In this document: positions 11,903 through 20,556 of the stretch, in pieces | How positions within the stretch are numbered: position 1 is the first letter of the stretch | Layout of the letters: every line of letters starts with the position of its first letter | Assembly (NCBI GenBank): GCA_963796685.1 | Contig: CAWCMR010000025.1 | Location: 1,536,001-1,600,000, forward strand | Direction: 5' to 3' | From: an uncultured delta proteobacterium | Lineage (GTDB): Bacteria > Myxococcota_A > Polyangia > Fen-1088 | DNA: 64,000 bases | The notes under the pieces: generated by a model | What the model was told of the DNA's origin: nothing | Seen by the model: the letters and a program-made list of their open reading frames with translations, nothing else | Databases searched by the model: none | Program-made: the position numbers and the translations under genes

Positions 11903-12508
11903 ATGGCTGCGACAACGGAGCTGATTCTCAGGTTCTCTGAAGCCGCGGAATGGGATGCTTGGCTCGCGAGCAACCACGATCGCTCGGGAGCCGTGTTGCT
12001 GCGCATCCCGAAACGGAAAGGGAGCGATCTGACCTACGCCCGCGCTCTCGACACAGCACTTGCGTGGGGCTGGATCGATAGCCAGAAACGCGCGCTGGAC
12101 GCCTCGGCCTGGCTTCAGCGATTTTCTCCCCGCGTCGCGAAAAGCCCGTGGTCGAAGATCAACCGCGCGCGAGCCGAGGCGCTGATTGCGTCGGGTGTGA
12201 TGAAGCCTCCGGGGCTCGTCGAGGTAGAGCGTGCGCGCGCCGACGGCCGCTGGGCGCGCGCCTATGACAGCGCTCGTGCAGCCCAGGTCCCCTCGGACCT
12301 TGCCAGCGCTCTGGCGCGCAACCCACGGGCGCGGACCTTCTTCGATGCGCTCGACCGCGCCAATCGCTATGCGATCCTCTGGCGCGTGCAGACGGCGAAG
12401 AAACCCGAAACCCGCGCGCGCCGCATCGAACGATTCGTCGCCATGTGCGCGTCTGGTCAGACCCTTCACCCCGTCTCCCGCGAGAGCTTGCGCAGCAAGA
12501 AAAGGTGA
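11903..12508 (+). CDS. YdeI/OmpD-associated family protein
   Basis: ALAWGWIDSQ, RFSPR...SPWSKINR, AKKPETRARRI. Confidence 0.88.
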   Translation: MAATTELILRFSEAAEWDAWLASNHDRSGAVLLRIPKRKGSDLTYARALDTALAWGWIDSQKRALDASAWLQRFSPRVAKSPWSKINRARAEALIASGVMKPPGLVEVERARADGRWARAYDSARAAQVPSDLASALARNPRARTFFDALDRANRYAILWRVQTAKKPETRARRIERFVAMCASGQTLHPVSRESLRSKKR

Positions 12509-12535
12509 ACGAGGTCTGCCGACCGGCTGCTCGTC

Positions 12536-12590
12536 GTCCAACGCCTTCGACCGAGAGCTGACGGCCTTCGTCTTCATCGGCTTGTTCGGT
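12536..12590 (-). repeat. Degenerate terminal attC
   Basis: GTCCAAC GCC...CTTCATCGGCTT GTTCGGT. Confidence 0.55.
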
Positions 12591-12594
12591 GGCT

Positions 12595-12664
12595 CACCTA
12601 CTGCACCGGTTCACCCGCGATCGGGCGCAGGGGACCGATCGTTGGGTGCAACGCCTTGTTGGGC
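12595..12664 (-). repeat. attC (71-bp-like family), R' decayed
   Basis: GTTCACCC...GGGTGCAACGCCTT GTTGGGC. Confidence 0.7.
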
Positions 12665-13192
12665 AGCCTCGGCAAGGTGAAGCAGCATTACCCACACCGA
12701 GCTCGATAGTTTTCCTACCGTCAGCACGGTCTCCTTTTCAACATTGAATCCGTGCTTCTCCCAGAATCGTCGGGCGGCAGGGTTTTGCTTCTGGACCACC
12801 AGGCGAACAAGCTTACCTCCCTGCCGAGAGATCCAGCTGCCAGCTCCAAGCCAAGTGTCCGTTCCCAGCCCTGTGCCGCGAACGCGAGGCGATATCAGAA
12901 GAAGACCGATCTGCCACTCGTTTGGTCCGGGAAATCCTTCAAGGATCTCGACTACGCCGACCAGACGCTGCTCGCGCTCAACCCCGACGACTCGCTTGGT
13001 CCCGGTGGCAACATGGGAGGGGAGCGGACCCAGTATCTCGTCCGCCGTCGTCGTTCCGCCCGGCTGACCCTCGACCAACTCGAAGAAGTCCGTGCATTCC
13101 CGACACAGCTCAGCCAGACGTGGCTGGTCAGCAGCGTGAAGATCCACTGCAAGGTCGCGAGGAAGTACAGAAAACGTATCGATGGGCTTCAT
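12611..13192 (-). CDS. GNAT acetyltransferase
   Basis: IGLLLISPRVRGTGLG, NPAARRFWEKHGF; the ORF reads into the attC. Confidence 0.85.
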   Translation of the reverse strand: MKPIDTFSVLPRDLAVDLHAADQPRLAELCRECTDFFELVEGQPGGTTTADEILGPLPSHVATGTKRVVGVEREQRLVGVVEILEGFPGPNEWQIGLLLISPRVRGTGLGTDTWLGAGSWISRQGGKLVRLVVQKQNPAARRFWEKHGFNVEKETVLTVGKLSSSVWVMLLHLAEAAQQGVAPNDRSPAPDRG

Positions 13193-13208
13193 CTGGTTGG
13201 AGAATGCA

Positions 13209-13538
13209 CTACGCCGCGAGCCCAAACCACAGAGCTATGGCCCGGTTGACTCGCACCATGGTTCCGTTATCCAAACGACCGACGGCCTTCCCGATCTTGT
13301 CACGCCGGACGGCAGTGACTTTGTCGACCATGATCTGCGAGACGGAACGCAGCCCGTTTGACTTTGTTGGATCAATTGTTAATCGAAACAACGGGGCGTC
13401 GACGATGGTGCTGGTCACAGGAGCCACCGCAACGCTGGAATGGGTGTCGTTGAATAGGTCTGATTGAATCACGAGGGCTGGCCGAGGCTTGCCGTAGTCG
13501 CCCTGCATAGCGATGATGACGACATCTCCTCGCCTCAC
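13209..13538 (-). CDS. mazF: PemK/MazF toxin
   Basis: MRRGDVV...GDYGKPRPALVIQSD, SQIMVDK. Confidence 0.92.
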   Translation of the reverse strand: MRRGDVVIIAMQGDYGKPRPALVIQSDLFNDTHSSVAVAPVTSTIVDAPLFRLTIDPTKSNGLRSVSQIMVDKVTAVRRDKIGKAVGRLDNGTMVRVNRAIALWFGLAA

Positions 13539-13759
13539 GATGTCCAGCCTTCAGTGTCGCCAAGGGCCTCCACCCACTCCATCGCGTCACGTTCAGATCG
13601 AACATTCTTCTTCGCCGCGAGGCTCTGACGACGGCACTCGTCAGCGAAGCCCCGAGCACGCGTGTCGGGCAGCCAAACCTGCACCAAACGCAGGCCCGAG
13701 TCTCTCATCCGCTCGCGGTAACGCTGAACGGTCTTTCTAGCTGCTGAGGCCTTCGACAC
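13535..13759 (-). CDS. DUF3018/MazE-like antitoxin
   Basis: VQRYRERMRDSGLRLVQVWLPDTR...ECRRQS; overlaps the toxin start. Confidence 0.88.
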   Translation of the reverse strand: MSKASAARKTVQRYRERMRDSGLRLVQVWLPDTRARGFADECRRQSLAAKKNVRSERDAMEWVEALGDTEGWTS

Positions 13760-13761
13760 GA

Positions 13762-13777
13762 CATGCAGTATAACATG
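13762..13777 (-). promoter_or_regulatory. Extended -10 promoter with palindromic operator for the mazEF-like operon
   Basis: TGtTATACT lies 7 nt before the GTG, inside CATG-N8-CATG. Confidence 0.6.
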
Positions 13778-13787
13778 CCACAAGCCA

Positions 13788-14238
13788 TGTCGCCGGACCC
13801 GAAGAACCCCATTTCGTAGGGTTCAGCCTGCGCCGAGAGGCGAAGGACGGACACGTCGAGGTGGTTCGGGCGGGGCTGCACGGAAGCCATCGTGCGAACG
13901 CCACACGGATTCGATGCGCACATCAGTCGGCGACTGCGCGCTCTGGTGCTCAAACAGTGGAAGCGCAAGCGCTTCATTGCTCGTCGGCTCATCCGGATGG
14001 GACGCTCGACCGAGCATACTTCACGGGGTGCGGCTTGCTGTCCTTGGAGCAGTACTACCGCGACATGCATCGGCTCGTCGTTCCGGCCCAGCCCTGTCTG
14101 GACCTGGGATAGCTGCGGGCGGAAACGCCGGCGCTGGACTACGGGCTTGTCCCGGACGCCAGCGTCCCGAAGAGCCGGATGTAAGGCCCACAAGTTCTGT
14201 GAGAGCTGGGGGAGGGCAACCTCCCCTGGCTACTCGAC
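13788..14238 (+). pseudogene. 3' remnant of a related group IIC intron (RT/X fragment, DV, DVI)
   Basis: PEEPHFVGFSLRRE and FDAHISRRLRALVLKQWKRKRFIARRL; 3' end nearly identical to 9330-9471. Confidence 0.88.
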
Positions 14239-14659
14239 CGCCTGATTCGACGGCCCTTCCGGGTTCCGACTTCCAATTCTCCAGGGCGAGGCCCGGCACC
14301 TTCGAGAAATGCCGGACGTTGTTCGTCACCAACGTGCAGCGGAGGGAAGCGGCATGTGCCGCGATCAGAACATCGAAGTCTCCGATAGGCGTACCACGCT
14401 CGGCGAGAATGGTCCCGATTCGCCCGAACTCAAGGGCGGCATCCCCTCCGAAGTCGACGACATCGACAGCGGCCGCGAAGGTATCGATGAGACCATGCAG
14501 TCTGCGCGAGCCTTTGCGGTCGGCGCCAAATCGCAACTCGGCGAGGGTGATGGCGCTGATGCACAGGTCCGACGGTTTGTGGGCAGTGATGCGTCCCGCG
14601 ACTTGGCCCTGGCCGCGCAAAGCGTAGCTAACTGTGTCCGTATCGAGGAGGTACTTCAT
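14021..14659 (-). CDS. vapC: VapC PIN toxin; C-terminus reads through the broken attC into the intron remnant
   Basis: MKYLLDTDTVSY, AELRFGA, IGDFDVLIAAHA, LVTNNVRHF. Confidence 0.88.
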   Translation of the reverse strand: MKYLLDTDTVSYALRGQGQVAGRITAHKPSDLCISAITLAELRFGADRKGSRRLHGLIDTFAAAVDVVDFGGDAALEFGRIGTILAERGTPIGDFDVLIAAHAASLRCTLVTNNVRHFSKVPGLALENWKSEPGRAVESGGRVARGGCPPPALTELVGLTSGSSGRWRPGQARSPAPAFPPAAIPGPDRAGPERRADACRGSTAPRTASRTP

Positions 14660-14898
14660 CGCCCCTCGAGAGGATTCTTGCGGGTAGCGATCGAACGCGC
14701 TTGAGGCCGGGGAATATCGTCCTTCCAAGCGCCGAGGCAGGCCAGGAATTCCGGCGACCAATCGTCCGCAGGCTCGAGGATCACCTTCCTTCCAACTCTT
14801 CGGACAACCAACTCGTCCTGGCCTTCGAACCGACATGACTTCGGCAGTCGTACGGCTTGACTGCCGCCATTCTGAAAGATCTTTGCACGCTCAGCCAT
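14656..14898 (-). CDS. vapB: VapB (AbrB/VagC-type) antitoxin
   Basis: AKIFQNGGSQAVRLPKSCRF. Confidence 0.92.
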   Translation of the reverse strand: MAERAKIFQNGGSQAVRLPKSCRFEGQDELVVRRVGRKVILEPADDWSPEFLACLGAWKDDIPRPQARSIATRKNPLEGR

Positions 14899-14902
14899 AC
14901 TG

Positions 14903-14932
14903 CAAGTATATATGTGCGTATATACTTGTCAA
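14903..14932 (-). promoter_or_regulatory. Sigma70 promoter overlapped by an inverted-repeat operator (vapBC)
   Basis: TTGACA-N16-TATACT-N6-ATG; IR AAGTATATA-N6-TATATACTT. Confidence 0.8.
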
Positions 14933-14970
14933 GGGTGCGAAAGTCCTTGTGTGCGAAAGTTCTTGGGTCC

Positions 14971-15075
14971 GTCGAACGATTTGCCGTTCAGCGGTCTGCG
15001 AGCCGCCAAGCCAGCGCTGCGATTCTACGCCCATGCCTCTGCGGCGACCAGATCCGCGGCAACGGCTTGTTCGGC
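14971..15075 (-). repeat. attC (~105-bp family)
   Basis: GTCGAAC...GCCGTTCAGCGG...CCGCGGCAACGGC TT GTTCGGC. Confidence 0.85.
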
Positions 15076-15080
15076 AGCGG

Positions 15081-15311
15081 TCACTCCCGACTATCTCGAC
15101 GATTCTTCCATCCGGAGACGATGCCGAGCCCGAGCAGACCGCTGCCCACGATTATGGTGAGGACGACGGCAGCAACCTGTTCGGACTTGATGAAGGCACA
15201 GCCGAGAGAGATCAGCGCAGTCCCTACAATCTCCTCAGCGACTACGGCGACTACGAAGAGTGCTGATTTGCGCAACGGCCTCTCGTTACCAGGTTGGGGG
15301 TCGGGGTTCAC
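15081..15311 (-). CDS. Small two-TM hypothetical cassette protein
   Basis: 76-aa ORF ending at the attC; two hydrophobic stretches. Confidence 0.5.
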   Translation of the reverse strand: MNPDPQPGNERPLRKSALFVVAVVAEEIVGTALISLGCAFIKSEQVAAVVLTIIVGSGLLGLGIVSGWKNRRDSRE

Positions 15312-15336
15312 TTGTGCTTCCGCTTCGCTGTGAGAT

Positions 15337-15356
15337 TCTTCATCGGCTTGTTCGGC
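15337..15356 (-). repeat. Half attC (only the R''/L'' side remains)
   Basis: TCTTCATCGGCTTGTTCGGC matches attC ends at 12571 and 19077. Confidence 0.55.
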
Positions 15357-15542
15357 AGCGGACCCCGTTCAAGACGTAACGTCCAGGGTTTGTCCGCTCA
15401 GGCCAAGCGCCTGAAGAAAATCGAGGTCGGAGGGATCCTCAAACGTGAATGCGAGACCTTGACCGTCGTGGCTTGCCATGTGGCTTTTGCACATCTCCAG
15501 TTCTTCACGGATCATTCCTTGCCCGAAATTTCCGGCGGATTC

Positions 15543-15649
15543 GGCGAACGCCTTGCCGTTCAGCCTGCAAGCCCGCCGCCCGAACGGTCCGTTGATGTTA
15601 CACCAATGCCCCTGCGGCGGGGTCGCCAGACTGCAACGGCTTGTTCGGC
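15543..15649 (-). repeat. attC (~105-bp family)
   Basis: GGCGAAC GCCTTGCCGTTCAG...CTGCAACGGCTT GTTCGGC. Confidence 0.85.
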
Positions 15650-15655
15650 GGCACA

Positions 15656-15949
15656 TTACCGCCGATGCTTCCAAACCTCGGGATCGCGATGAAGATGGAC
15701 GACGCCGAAGAGTACGATCTTGTCGAATTCATCGACGAAGTACAAACCGTAGGGGAAGCGCCCGACCTTTGCCATTCGCATCCCGACTTCTCTCTCCTGA
15801 AACATGAGCGGATTCTCAGCAACTCAAGCCACCGCCCTCTCGACCTCAAGTGAAAACTCCGCGCCGAACCCTTCGCGCTCGTTCTCGTACCAGAGCGCGG
15901 CCTCGATGATATCGAGTTCGGCTTCCGCCCGAATCTCGATGGGCTTCAT
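15656..15949 (-). pseudogene. RelE/ParE toxin with internal stop
   Basis: MKPIEIRAEAELDIIEAALWYE...AVA*VAENP...RFPYGLYF...HLHRDP. Confidence 0.82.
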
Positions 15950-16190
15950 CTGGTTGGAGCACGCAGCAGTGACCGCATCTCATCGCGGAACTCGTTCCAC
16001 GGGCGAGAGCTACCCTTGCCCGCGCGATACGATGCAAGGCGTTCTGCCAGGATCTTCGGTGCCAGTCCGGCCCCGGAATTTGCTCGGGCTTCGACACGAC
16101 GCGAGCCCAAAGAGCCTCAAGGTAGTCGAGCTTCTCCTCGACGGAAAGCTCGTCGAATCCGGGAGGGGCAGTGATCGGTGCCGATGCCAT
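15946..16190 (-). pseudogene. Addiction-module antitoxin, frameshifted
   Basis: LSVEEKLDYLEALWARV...PDWHR, then similarity is lost. Confidence 0.75.
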
Positions 16191-16258
16191 GGAGAAAGTA
16201 TACCCCCGAAGCGGCCTTTGAACAGCCGCTTGTAGGCCTCGTCACCACGCGCGTGTCC

Positions 16259-16365
16259 GCCGAACGCTTTGCCGTTCAGCGGCGAGCCCGCCGCCGAGCC
16301 GGCGTCTCGATTCTATACCGATGTCCCTGCGGCGCGATTGTCAGCGCTGCAACGGCATGTTAGCC
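16259..16365 (-). repeat. attC (~105-bp family)
   Basis: GCCGAAC...GCTGCAACGGCAT GTTAGCC. Confidence 0.88.
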
Positions 16366-16554
16366 AGCCTTTCCACTGAGATCACACGACAGCGAGGCGC
16401 ATTCCGATCCGTCCAATGATGGCCTTTTCGGGTGGCGCGTATGGTCAGGGTTGGGCTGACGATTTGCATGCAGGAAAGACCCGATCAAGGGGACGTGCCA
16501 GCACTGCGGAGGAGGGCCCAACCAGCTTCGAACCCTGGAGTAGTCCTCTTTACT

Positions 16555-17965
16555 GGCTCTCCTGACATCTTCGTAAAGGGAGATCTCGTAGGTGCGACGC
16601 ACGTCGCCGACGGAGATGTGGGCGGCATGAGTTCCGGGTGAGGTGGAGACGAAGTGCGCACGGGCACCTGGGGTATCGTGTGGCTTGTCTGGAACCCACA
16701 AGCCCAGGAGCCCATGCGCGCAACCACCCTATTCCGAAACCTACTCCAATTTCCACATACCCGTGTCCTGGCGGTCGAATTCGATCTGCTTGGCATATTG
16801 GTGCACGTGGCGCCAACGACGACCGTTCCCTACTGCTCAGGCTGCGGATGTCGGGTCCATGACGTGTTCGATGCTCGGGCTCGGAACTGGCGGCATCTGG
16901 ACGCGTGCGGGATGGAGGTTCTTCTGCGCTACACCCTGCGCAGGGTTGACTGTCCTCGGTGCGGCGTGGTCATCGAGATGGTCCCTTGGGCCGAGCCGAA
17001 GGTCGGCTTCACGCGTGACTTCGAGGACCACGTGGCCTATCTGGCCCAACAAGCAAGCCAGACGATGGTGGCCGAAACCATGCGCATCGCGTGGCGCACC
17101 GTCGGCGCCATCATCCAGCGGGTGGTGCCGCGGCACCGAGATCCTAGCCTTCTCCTCGAGGACCTCGAACACATCGGCGTCGACGAGTTGTCGTACCGGC
17201 GGCACCATGAGTACGTCACCGTCGTTGTCGACCACGTCTCGCAGCGGGTCGTCTGGGCACACGAGGGCAAGAACGCTGCGACGCTCGGCTGCTTCTTCGA
17301 CGCTCTCGGCCCGGAACGAACTAGCAAGCTCAAGACCGTCACCATCGACATGTCCGCGGCCTACATCGACGCGGTCACCTCGCGAGCGCCACAAGCGCAA
17401 ATCGTCTTCGACCGCTTCCACGTTCAGAGACTCGTGCAGGAAGCACTCGACGAGCTCCGGCGTGCGGAGGTCCGACTCCTGGAGGACACCGACGAACGCG
17501 GGCAACTGAAGAAGACCAAGTACCTTCTGCTCAAGAATCCGTGGAACCTATCCAGGGCCGAGTCTGAGAGGCTGTCGACCCTCCCGAAGACCAATGCCCG
17601 ACTCTATCGCGGCTACCTGCTCAAGATCGCCATCTGCGACATCCTCGGTCGTCGCCAGGTCAACGTCGTCAAACAGAAGCTCGAAGAATGGATCAGTTGG
17701 GCCAGGCGATCCAGACTACCTTCCTTCAAGAAGGTCGCCGCGACCATCAAGAAATACCTGGACGGCATCGTGGCCATTGTCGCCACAGGGCTCAATAACG
17801 GAAGAACCGAGGGCCTTAATGGCAAGATCAGGGTCATCACCCGCAGGGCCTATGGCTTCCACAACGCTCAAGCCCTCATTGGCTTCATCTTCCTCTGCTG
17901 CTCAGGCGTTGTCCTTCATCCCGTCTTCAAGGTGCCCGCGCTTCCATGAAGATGTCAGGAGAGCC
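16555..17965 (+). mobile_element. ISL3-family IS, 1411 bp
   Basis: Perfect 18-bp IRs GGCTCTCCTGACATCTTC; 8-bp TSD TCTTTACT at 16547-16554 and 17966-17973. Confidence 0.96.
16714..17949 (+). CDS. ISL3 transposase
   Basis: CxxC zinc finger, IGVDE, TIDMSAAY, FDRFHV, NGRTEGLNGKIRVITRRAYGF. Confidence 0.95.
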   Translation: MRATTLFRNLLQFPHTRVLAVEFDLLGILVHVAPTTTVPYCSGCGCRVHDVFDARARNWRHLDACGMEVLLRYTLRRVDCPRCGVVIEMVPWAEPKVGFTRDFEDHVAYLAQQASQTMVAETMRIAWRTVGAIIQRVVPRHRDPSLLLEDLEHIGVDELSYRRHHEYVTVVVDHVSQRVVWAHEGKNAATLGCFFDALGPERTSKLKTVTIDMSAAYIDAVTSRAPQAQIVFDRFHVQRLVQEALDELRRAEVRLLEDTDERGQLKKTKYLLLKNPWNLSRAESERLSTLPKTNARLYRGYLLKIAICDILGRRQVNVVKQKLEEWISWARRSRLPSFKKVAATIKKYLDGIVAIVATGLNNGRTEGLNGKIRVITRRAYGFHNAQALIGFIFLCCSGVVLHPVFKVPALP

Positions 17966-18764
17966 TCTTTACTTCCCCTTCGCAGCCTTTGTAGCGGCAG
18001 TCAAACACTACAACCTTCTCGGAGATACCAAGATGGTCTGGCACTAGCTCAGTTGCGAGATATTCTCTCCATGTACCATTTAGAGCGCTAATTTCAATGA
18101 CATAGAATCTCCTTGTTGAGGATTGCAAGTCTATTCCTATGGGTTTTTCGATGACGTTTAGTCCCTTGGACATGTCGCCCAAATCCACCATCGGGGCGAC
18201 GTCGCCCCCCCAAATGTCCCCGAGGGTAATATTGCGAGAACGAGATACGTTTTGATACCGCTCTTGATCTATTACTCTGACCTTGACGTGCCTCAATGAG
18301 CAACATCCCTCGACGACCAATTGTAGCGCGAACCCCCCAAAATGACCGTCCACATCTCCTGTCATGACTTCCAAATGTGGCCAACTATCACCACCTGTCA
18401 TATTTGAGATTGCGTCCTTGGCACGTTCCAAAAGCGCCGAAAACGAATTGTTCAACTCCTTCTGCGCATTCTTTGACCTGTCATCGCTAATTTTCAGAGA
18501 ACGGAATTCCAAGAGCGAAAGTCCCCCGAGCAGGACGAAATAAATCGCCTTTTCCCATGGGAAAAGTTTCCTCGCCATCAATGCCACGCCCGCTGCCACC
18601 AATGTGATTGCGATGACGAAAGTACCGATCCATGGAGCTTTCCACCACTCGACGATTGAACTCCATTTGGCACCAACCCAGAGCATTGATGCTGGGATGG
18701 CCAGCGTAAGGAGAGCTGGAATCCATCTGCCGAAGCGTGTGTCGAAGAAACTCGGCCCTTCCAT
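17955..18764 (-). CDS. Low-GC membrane protein cassette gene; C-terminus cut by ISL3 (restored stop near 16485)
   Basis: 3 N-terminal TM helices; the frame continues VKRTTPGF... beyond the IS. Confidence 0.65.
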   Translation of the reverse strand: MEGPSFFDTRFGRWIPALLTLAIPASMLWVGAKWSSIVEWWKAPWIGTFVIAITLVAAGVALMARKLFPWEKAIYFVLLGGLSLLEFRSLKISDDRSKNAQKELNNSFSALLERAKDAISNMTGGDSWPHLEVMTGDVDGHFGGFALQLVVEGCCSLRHVKVRVIDQERYQNVSRSRNITLGDIWGGDVAPMVDLGDMSKGLNVIEKPIGIDLQSSTRRFYVIEISALNGTWREYLATELVPDHLGISEKVVVFDCRYKGCEGEVKRLS

Positions 18765-18991
18765 GGCACCGGCCTACTGCGTTGGGATGCGTCTTGTAAA
18801 CCGAGCTAAACCACGCTCTCGGGCACCCACGGCGCCGCGCCGTGTCCTCGGTGACCGTACTGGTGCCCGGTTCGAACGACGACTTCGCGACGCCCGCACT
18901 TCCGCAGGCGGAAGCGAAGGCGTCGACTCTCGGTCCTGGTAAAAAGCGAGTTCGGTCTCCACACCGATCGAAACCAAGATGTTCCAAGTCT

Positions 18992-19095
18992 GGCTAACGC
19001 CTTGCCGATAAGCTGCGCGGTCGCCGCCGAGTCGGCGTCTCGATTCTACACGATGTCCCTGCGGCGAACGCGTCAGCTTCATCGGCATGTTCGAC
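18992..19095 (-). repeat. attC (~105-bp family)
   Basis: GGCTAAC GCCTTGCCGATAAGCTG...CAGCTTCATCGGCAT GTTCGAC. Confidence 0.88.
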
Positions 19096-19588
19096 GGCTC
19101 TCCGACCACCGACCGAACTTCTTCTCGATGACACCTTCATTGCCTGCGCCACATCCAACTCCGATCGTCCCGTCCTCCTTCCCACGAGCATCGAACTGAA
19201 TTCCGCCCAGCCCTGCCGAAAACCAAACTTTGTCCGGAGCAAATCGGGTCAGACCGATCCCGACGAAGAGGACCGCTTCGCCCTTCTTGCGGCGGAACTG
19301 CTGATAACGCCCGCAGGTTTCCCCCTGAAGGAGGGGCTTGGTCTCTTTGCCGTCGACGGATACGATGGAAACATCAATCAGCAGGTGTTCCCCCTCCGTT
19401 GTATTCCTCTGCACACAGGAATATTCGGCCAGCCCTTCTGACTCAGAGCCGAATGGCGTAGCCATGGCAGCCTCGACCAGTTCGCAGATCTCTACTCGGG
19501 TGAACGGCATGCTCTTTCTTTCGCCGGCCGACGAGACCGGAGAGAGCATGGTCAGGAACAAGATGGTTGGTGTCACCAATTTCCGCAT
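19079..19588 (-). CDS. Secreted hypothetical cassette protein
   Basis: Signal peptide MRKLVTPTILFLTMLSPVSSA; fills the cassette. Confidence 0.65.
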   Translation of the reverse strand: MRKLVTPTILFLTMLSPVSSAGERKSMPFTRVEICELVEAAMATPFGSESEGLAEYSCVQRNTTEGEHLLIDVSIVSVDGKETKPLLQGETCGRYQQFRRKKGEAVLFVGIGLTRFAPDKVWFSAGLGGIQFDARGKEDGTIGVGCGAGNEGVIEKKFGRWSESRRTCR

Positions 19589-19601
19589 GTTCGTCGAGTC
19601 C

Positions 19602-19707
19602 TTCGAACGCCTTGCCGTTCAGCTGCAAGACCGCCGCCGAGCCAGCACATCGATTCTACACGATATCCCTGCGGCGGGATTGTCTGCAACGGCTTTATGG
19701 GTTCGAT
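19602..19707 (-). repeat. attC (~105-bp family, slightly degenerate)
   Basis: TTCGAAC GCCTTGCCGTTCAG...CTGCAACGGC...GTTCGAT. Confidence 0.8.
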
Positions 19708-19730
19708 GGCACTATCGGAAATGGACGATA

Positions 19731-20516
19731 TCATGACAAGACACCTTTAAGCTGAACGAGAAGCGCATACATCCAGAAGACTAATTGGGTCGATCGTGGT
19801 CGCACAGCGAATTGGATGTCGCTCCCATGCAGGACGGAGTTCCGCGACTTGGATATCGTGCTTTGAGGATTGGAACGCGCCAGCACGGCTGTCATGAGTT
19901 CAGCGAAGATGTCGCTGGAGTCAGCCAGTTTCTCTCTCGCAATCTCCAACTTGGCTTCAAGGCCAGGTAAGCGCTTGCCGGCTTCTGAGCGAACTGAGTG
20001 CTCGACCATTCTGGCGTGGCCGAGCCGAAGAAGTGAGTCCGTCAGTATTCCCTCAAGCTGCGAATAGAGAAGGGTTATCGCGCCGGCGAAGCGGCAGTCC
20101 CGATGGAGTTCTAGTGCCTCTTGGAGCAGGATGGCGCGTTCTGACGGAAGGCCAAGCTCCTTGTACAAACTCAGCATTTCGGATTTGAACTCGTCCTTCG
20201 AGCTTTCGGTAAACAGGCGGGACTCCAACTCGCCTGGCTCGCTGGCGCTCATTTCCAGGACATCGCTCGCAGAGAGGATATGTAGGACACCTCCGTAGCC
20301 TCCCTCCCTCATGGACTCCATGCCCCGCTGAAGCAGAAGGGTATTCGCCTCAAGATTCGCCGACCATTCGGGTAGCTTCGCGAGGAACGCCGAAACAACC
20401 TGACCAAAGCGTTTGATGGCCGGCTGGTTTTCCCTAATCCAGTCGGCCCATTTGCCGATGAGCGCCGCAACATCAATTTGAGGCGCCTGTTCTTCTATCT
20501 TTGGGTCGTCGGTCAT
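19731..20516 (-). CDS. Hypothetical protein with a HEPN-like Rx4H motif
   Basis: AITLLYSQLEGIL...SRNSVLHG. Confidence 0.65.
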   Translation of the reverse strand: MTDDPKIEEQAPQIDVAALIGKWADWIRENQPAIKRFGQVVSAFLAKLPEWSANLEANTLLLQRGMESMREGGYGGVLHILSASDVLEMSASEPGELESRLFTESSKDEFKSEMLSLYKELGLPSERAILLQEALELHRDCRFAGAITLLYSQLEGILTDSLLRLGHARMVEHSVRSEAGKRLPGLEAKLEIAREKLADSSDIFAELMTAVLARSNPQSTISKSRNSVLHGSDIQFAVRPRSTQLVFWMYALLVQLKGVLS

Positions 20517-20533
20517 GGGGACCCGCTGTGTCG

Positions 20534-20552
20534 GTCGAACGCCATGTTCGAC
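20534..20552 (-). repeat. Collapsed 19-bp attC (R boxes only)
   Basis: GTCGAAC-GCCAT-GTTCGAC sits exactly between two cassette genes. Confidence 0.7.
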
Positions 20553-20556
20553 GACG

